A stretch of DNA of 64,000 nucleotides from Candidatus Nomurabacteria bacterium (GTDB taxonomy: Bacteria; Patescibacteriota; Minisyncoccia; Phycocordibacterales; CALRBL01): positions 121,373-185,372 of the forward strand of contig CAWIDS010000003.1 of the NCBI GenBank assembly GCA_963834935.1, read 5' to 3'. Below are positions 61,765 to 64,000 of the stretch, piece by piece (positions within the stretch are counted from its first letter, which is position 1; each line of letters starts with the position of its first letter). The notes under the pieces were generated by a model. That model had not been told where the DNA came from, did not search any database, and saw nothing but the letters and a program-made list of their open reading frames with translations. The position numbers and the translations under genes are program-made.

Positions 61765-62742
61765 CTATTGCAATAGAGATATCACCGCTTTCTTGATCGA
61801 ATCCTCGCCCATTCCATAGTACTCGATGAGTTCCGCAGGCGTTCCCGACTGGCCAAAGCGATCATAGACGCCAATGAATGCGATTTTTGACGGGTGATGT
61901 GCGGCTAATGTTTCCGCGACTAGGCTTCCCAAGCCGCCTGCAATCTGATGTTCTTCGACGGTGACTATTTTCAATGTCTTTTTTGCGAGAGCGACAACTG
62001 CATCGACATCGAGCGGCTTGATGGTTGCAACATTGAGCACCTCGACTTCGATTCCCTCTTTAGAAAGATCCTCAGCCACCTTCAAAGCTTTGTGGAGTAG
62101 TGCTCCCGTAGCAATTATTCCCACTTGCGGCTTTCCTTCTTTCGCTTCACGATAGGTGTATACCTTACCTATCTCAAAAGGAGTTTCTTCAGTAGTGATG
62201 ATCGGAGTTTTCTCGCGAGCAAGGCGGATATAAGTAGGATGAGGGGTCTTTGCTGCGGCAATTGTCGCTTTCTTCGCCTGGATAGCATCGCACGGAGAAA
62301 TGACCACCATATTCGGAATGATGCGAGTGAGAGCGATATCCTCGATTGCTTGATGTGTTCCTCCGTCAGGACCGACAGACACACCTGCATGCGAACCCGC
62401 TATCTTCACCGGCACGTTGTTGTAACAAATAGTGGTGCGGATCTGTTCCCAGTTCCGCCCCGGACTGAACATGGCATACGAAGCCATGAAAGGGATCTTT
62501 CCCATATGCGCCATGCCAGCAGCGACGCTTGCCATATTCTGCTCGCTTATGCCCATCTCAAAAAAGCGGTCAGGAAAAGACTTCTTGAACAGGTCGATCT
62601 TGGCGGATTCGGTCAGGTCGGCGCAAAGAGCCATCACCTTCTCATCTTCCTGTCCTGCAATTACGAGACCTTCACCAAAACCCTGACGAATAGGCACCAG
62701 TTCTACGTCATCATTAAATCGATGTGGGTTTAAAGGGTACAT
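61765..62742 (-). CDS. Transketolase C-terminal subunit
   Basis: MGISEQNM, GPDGGTHQAIED, TVEEH...GGLG. Confidence 0.9.
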   Translation of the reverse strand: MYPLNPHRFNDDVELVPIRQGFGEGLVIAGQEDEKVMALCADLTESAKIDLFKKSFPDRFFEMGISEQNMASVAAGMAHMGKIPFMASYAMFSPGRNWEQIRTTICYNNVPVKIAGSHAGVSVGPDGGTHQAIEDIALTRIIPNMVVISPCDAIQAKKATIAAAKTPHPTYIRLAREKTPIITTEETPFEIGKVYTYREAKEGKPQVGIIATGALLHKALKVAEDLSKEGIEVEVLNVATIKPLDVDAVVALAKKTLKIVTVEEHQIAGGLGSLVAETLAAHHPSKIAFIGVYDRFGQSGTPAELIEYYGMGEDSIKKAVISLLQ

Positions 62743-62759
62743 TAGTATGAAAAAATTCC

Positions 62760-62833
62760 GCGGAGGCAAGGCGAGCGGGTGCGAACTCCAAAGTAAATAT
62801 CTATGTGAGTGCAGTCGCTCGCCATGTCTCCGC
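62760..62833. repeat. GC-rich imperfect palindromic element
   Basis: gcggaggca-a-ggcgagcg ... cgctcgcc-a-tgtctccgc. Confidence 0.7.
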
Positions 62834-62935
62834 ACAATCCAATCAATTGTAACATATGGCGCTTAAAGGAAAAGATTTTTTATATTAGACAATTTTAAAA
62901 ATAAAATGTAATGTTCCGATCAGAAAGGACAAAGT

Positions 62936-63307
62936 ATGCCAGTCGTAACCATTTTAGGAATTCGGGAAAACTCAAGCAAATTGACCCTCGGCCGGATTTT
63001 CCATGAGGTCAGGCGCGAGATAGCCAAAGTTAATGAACTAGGCATCACTGAAAGGCAAGTGTCGGTCTTTTTTCCGACTGACCTGGGCGAATCCGTAAGG
63101 AGGAACTTCAACTGCAATGATATCTGCGTCTTGATCCGTCTTTACGCCATGCCGGAACGGACCGACGAGGTAATCCACGAAATGGCCGAACACGTTCAAA
63201 GGCGGCTTAAAAAGGAATATTTCCCCGATTCTTTGGTCGAGGTTCTTCCAATCATGCTTAACCCGAAGCATTGCAGCTCGTCCGCTGACGAGAAAGGTAA
63301 AAACTAA
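62936..63307 (+). CDS. Tautomerase-superfamily-like protein
   Basis: Starts Met-Pro (putative catalytic Pro1); beta-alpha-beta repeat; PERTDEV. Confidence 0.55.
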   Translation: MPVVTILGIRENSSKLTLGRIFHEVRREIAKVNELGITERQVSVFFPTDLGESVRRNFNCNDICVLIRLYAMPERTDEVIHEMAEHVQRRLKKEYFPDSLVEVLPIMLNPKHCSSSADEKGKN

Positions 63308-63349
63308 ATCTGCTCCATTAGTACGACTTGCAACCGCAGGTCTTTTTTA

Positions 63350-64000
63350 TTACTCCTCCTTTGCAGCAGCGACTACTCCAGCCTTCTGGGCATGGGAATC
63401 CACTTCATAGCTGGTATTCTGCATCTCGAAGAAGTTGACAAGCTCGTGGACGTCGGTGGCGGTAGCCATCCATTTTGCAGGGTTGGTAACGTTGAAATGA
63501 GTTTCAAATCCAAGTTCTTCCAAGCGTCGGTCAGCCACATATTTTACATATTGGTTCACATAGTCGGCATTGAGGCCAAGGATTCCTCGAGGGAAAAGGT
63601 CATTATTGTAGTTTACTTCAAGCTCCACTCCCCTGATGATGATTTCTCGGATCTCATTGGCGAAGTCAGCGGTCACCACGGAAGCGTTCTCGGTAAGAAT
63701 CTCATTCACCAGGTTGATGCCGAATTTGAGATGCAGGCTCTCATCACGGAGCACCCAAGCAATCATCGAGCCGAAGTTGCGGAGCTGATTGCGCTGTCTG
63801 AACGAAAGAGCGACCATGAATCCAGAGTAGAACCACACTCCTTCCATGACGATATTGGTTGCCACGAGGTTGCGAATAAAATCGCGCTTGCCTTCGTCAG
63901 TCTCGATATCGAGAGAATCTTCGGTCATCCGGGTGACATAATTAGAAATGAAGTTCTCTTTTGCCGTCATCGATGGCACTTCGAGATGAAGATTGAAGAT
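63350..64000 (-). CDS. nrdB: Ribonucleotide reductase class I beta subunit (5' part outside the window)
   Basis: MEGVWFYSGF, RDESLH, ADRRL, NFFE...Y. Confidence 0.92.
   Translation of the reverse strand: MFNLHLEVPSMTAKENFISNYVTRMTEDSLDIETDEGKRDFIRNLVATNIVMEGVWFYSGFMVALSFRQRNQLRNFGSMIAWVLRDESLHLKFGINLVNEILTENASVVTADFANEIREIIIRGVELEVNYNNDLFPRGILGLNADYVNQYVKYVADRRLEELGFETHFNVTNPAKWMATATDVHELVNFFEMQNTSYEVDSHAQKAGVVAAAKEE

Overview
Chromosomal segment of a small-genome Patescibacteria (CPR) bacterium, most likely Parcubacteria, using standard code 11 (TGA serves as a stop). It is mostly housekeeping genes: dnaG (partial), rpoC, rpoB, gyrA, rpsA, pth, lepB, rpsU, ybeY, ftsA, ftsZ, trxB, tsaD, valS, pheS, pheT, tsf, rpsB, prfA, rpmE, rplY, fba, a transketolase C-terminal subunit and nrdB (partial). 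It also carries 8 tRNAs, RNase P RNA, six tandem TrbC/VirB2-like pilins and a GH130-phosphomannomutase cluster. The first ~9.3 kb has many indels, probably long-read consensus errors. The top finding is a free-standing ~270-nt intergenic RNA upstream of rpsA (about 18083-18351). It has its own extended -10 promoter and intrinsic terminator and reproduces helices h7-h12 of the 16S rRNA 5' domain in order, with base pairing kept despite sequence divergence: a candidate rRNA-mimic ncRNA. Other findings: an orphan DGR-type target gene with a variable-repeat signature, a degenerate HisRS paralog, an HhH-GPD glycosylase next to a PD-(D/E)XK-like gene, long intergenic inverted repeats and widespread leaderless-type promoters. 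All calls are by eye from the sequence and from remembered family motifs; no searches were run.
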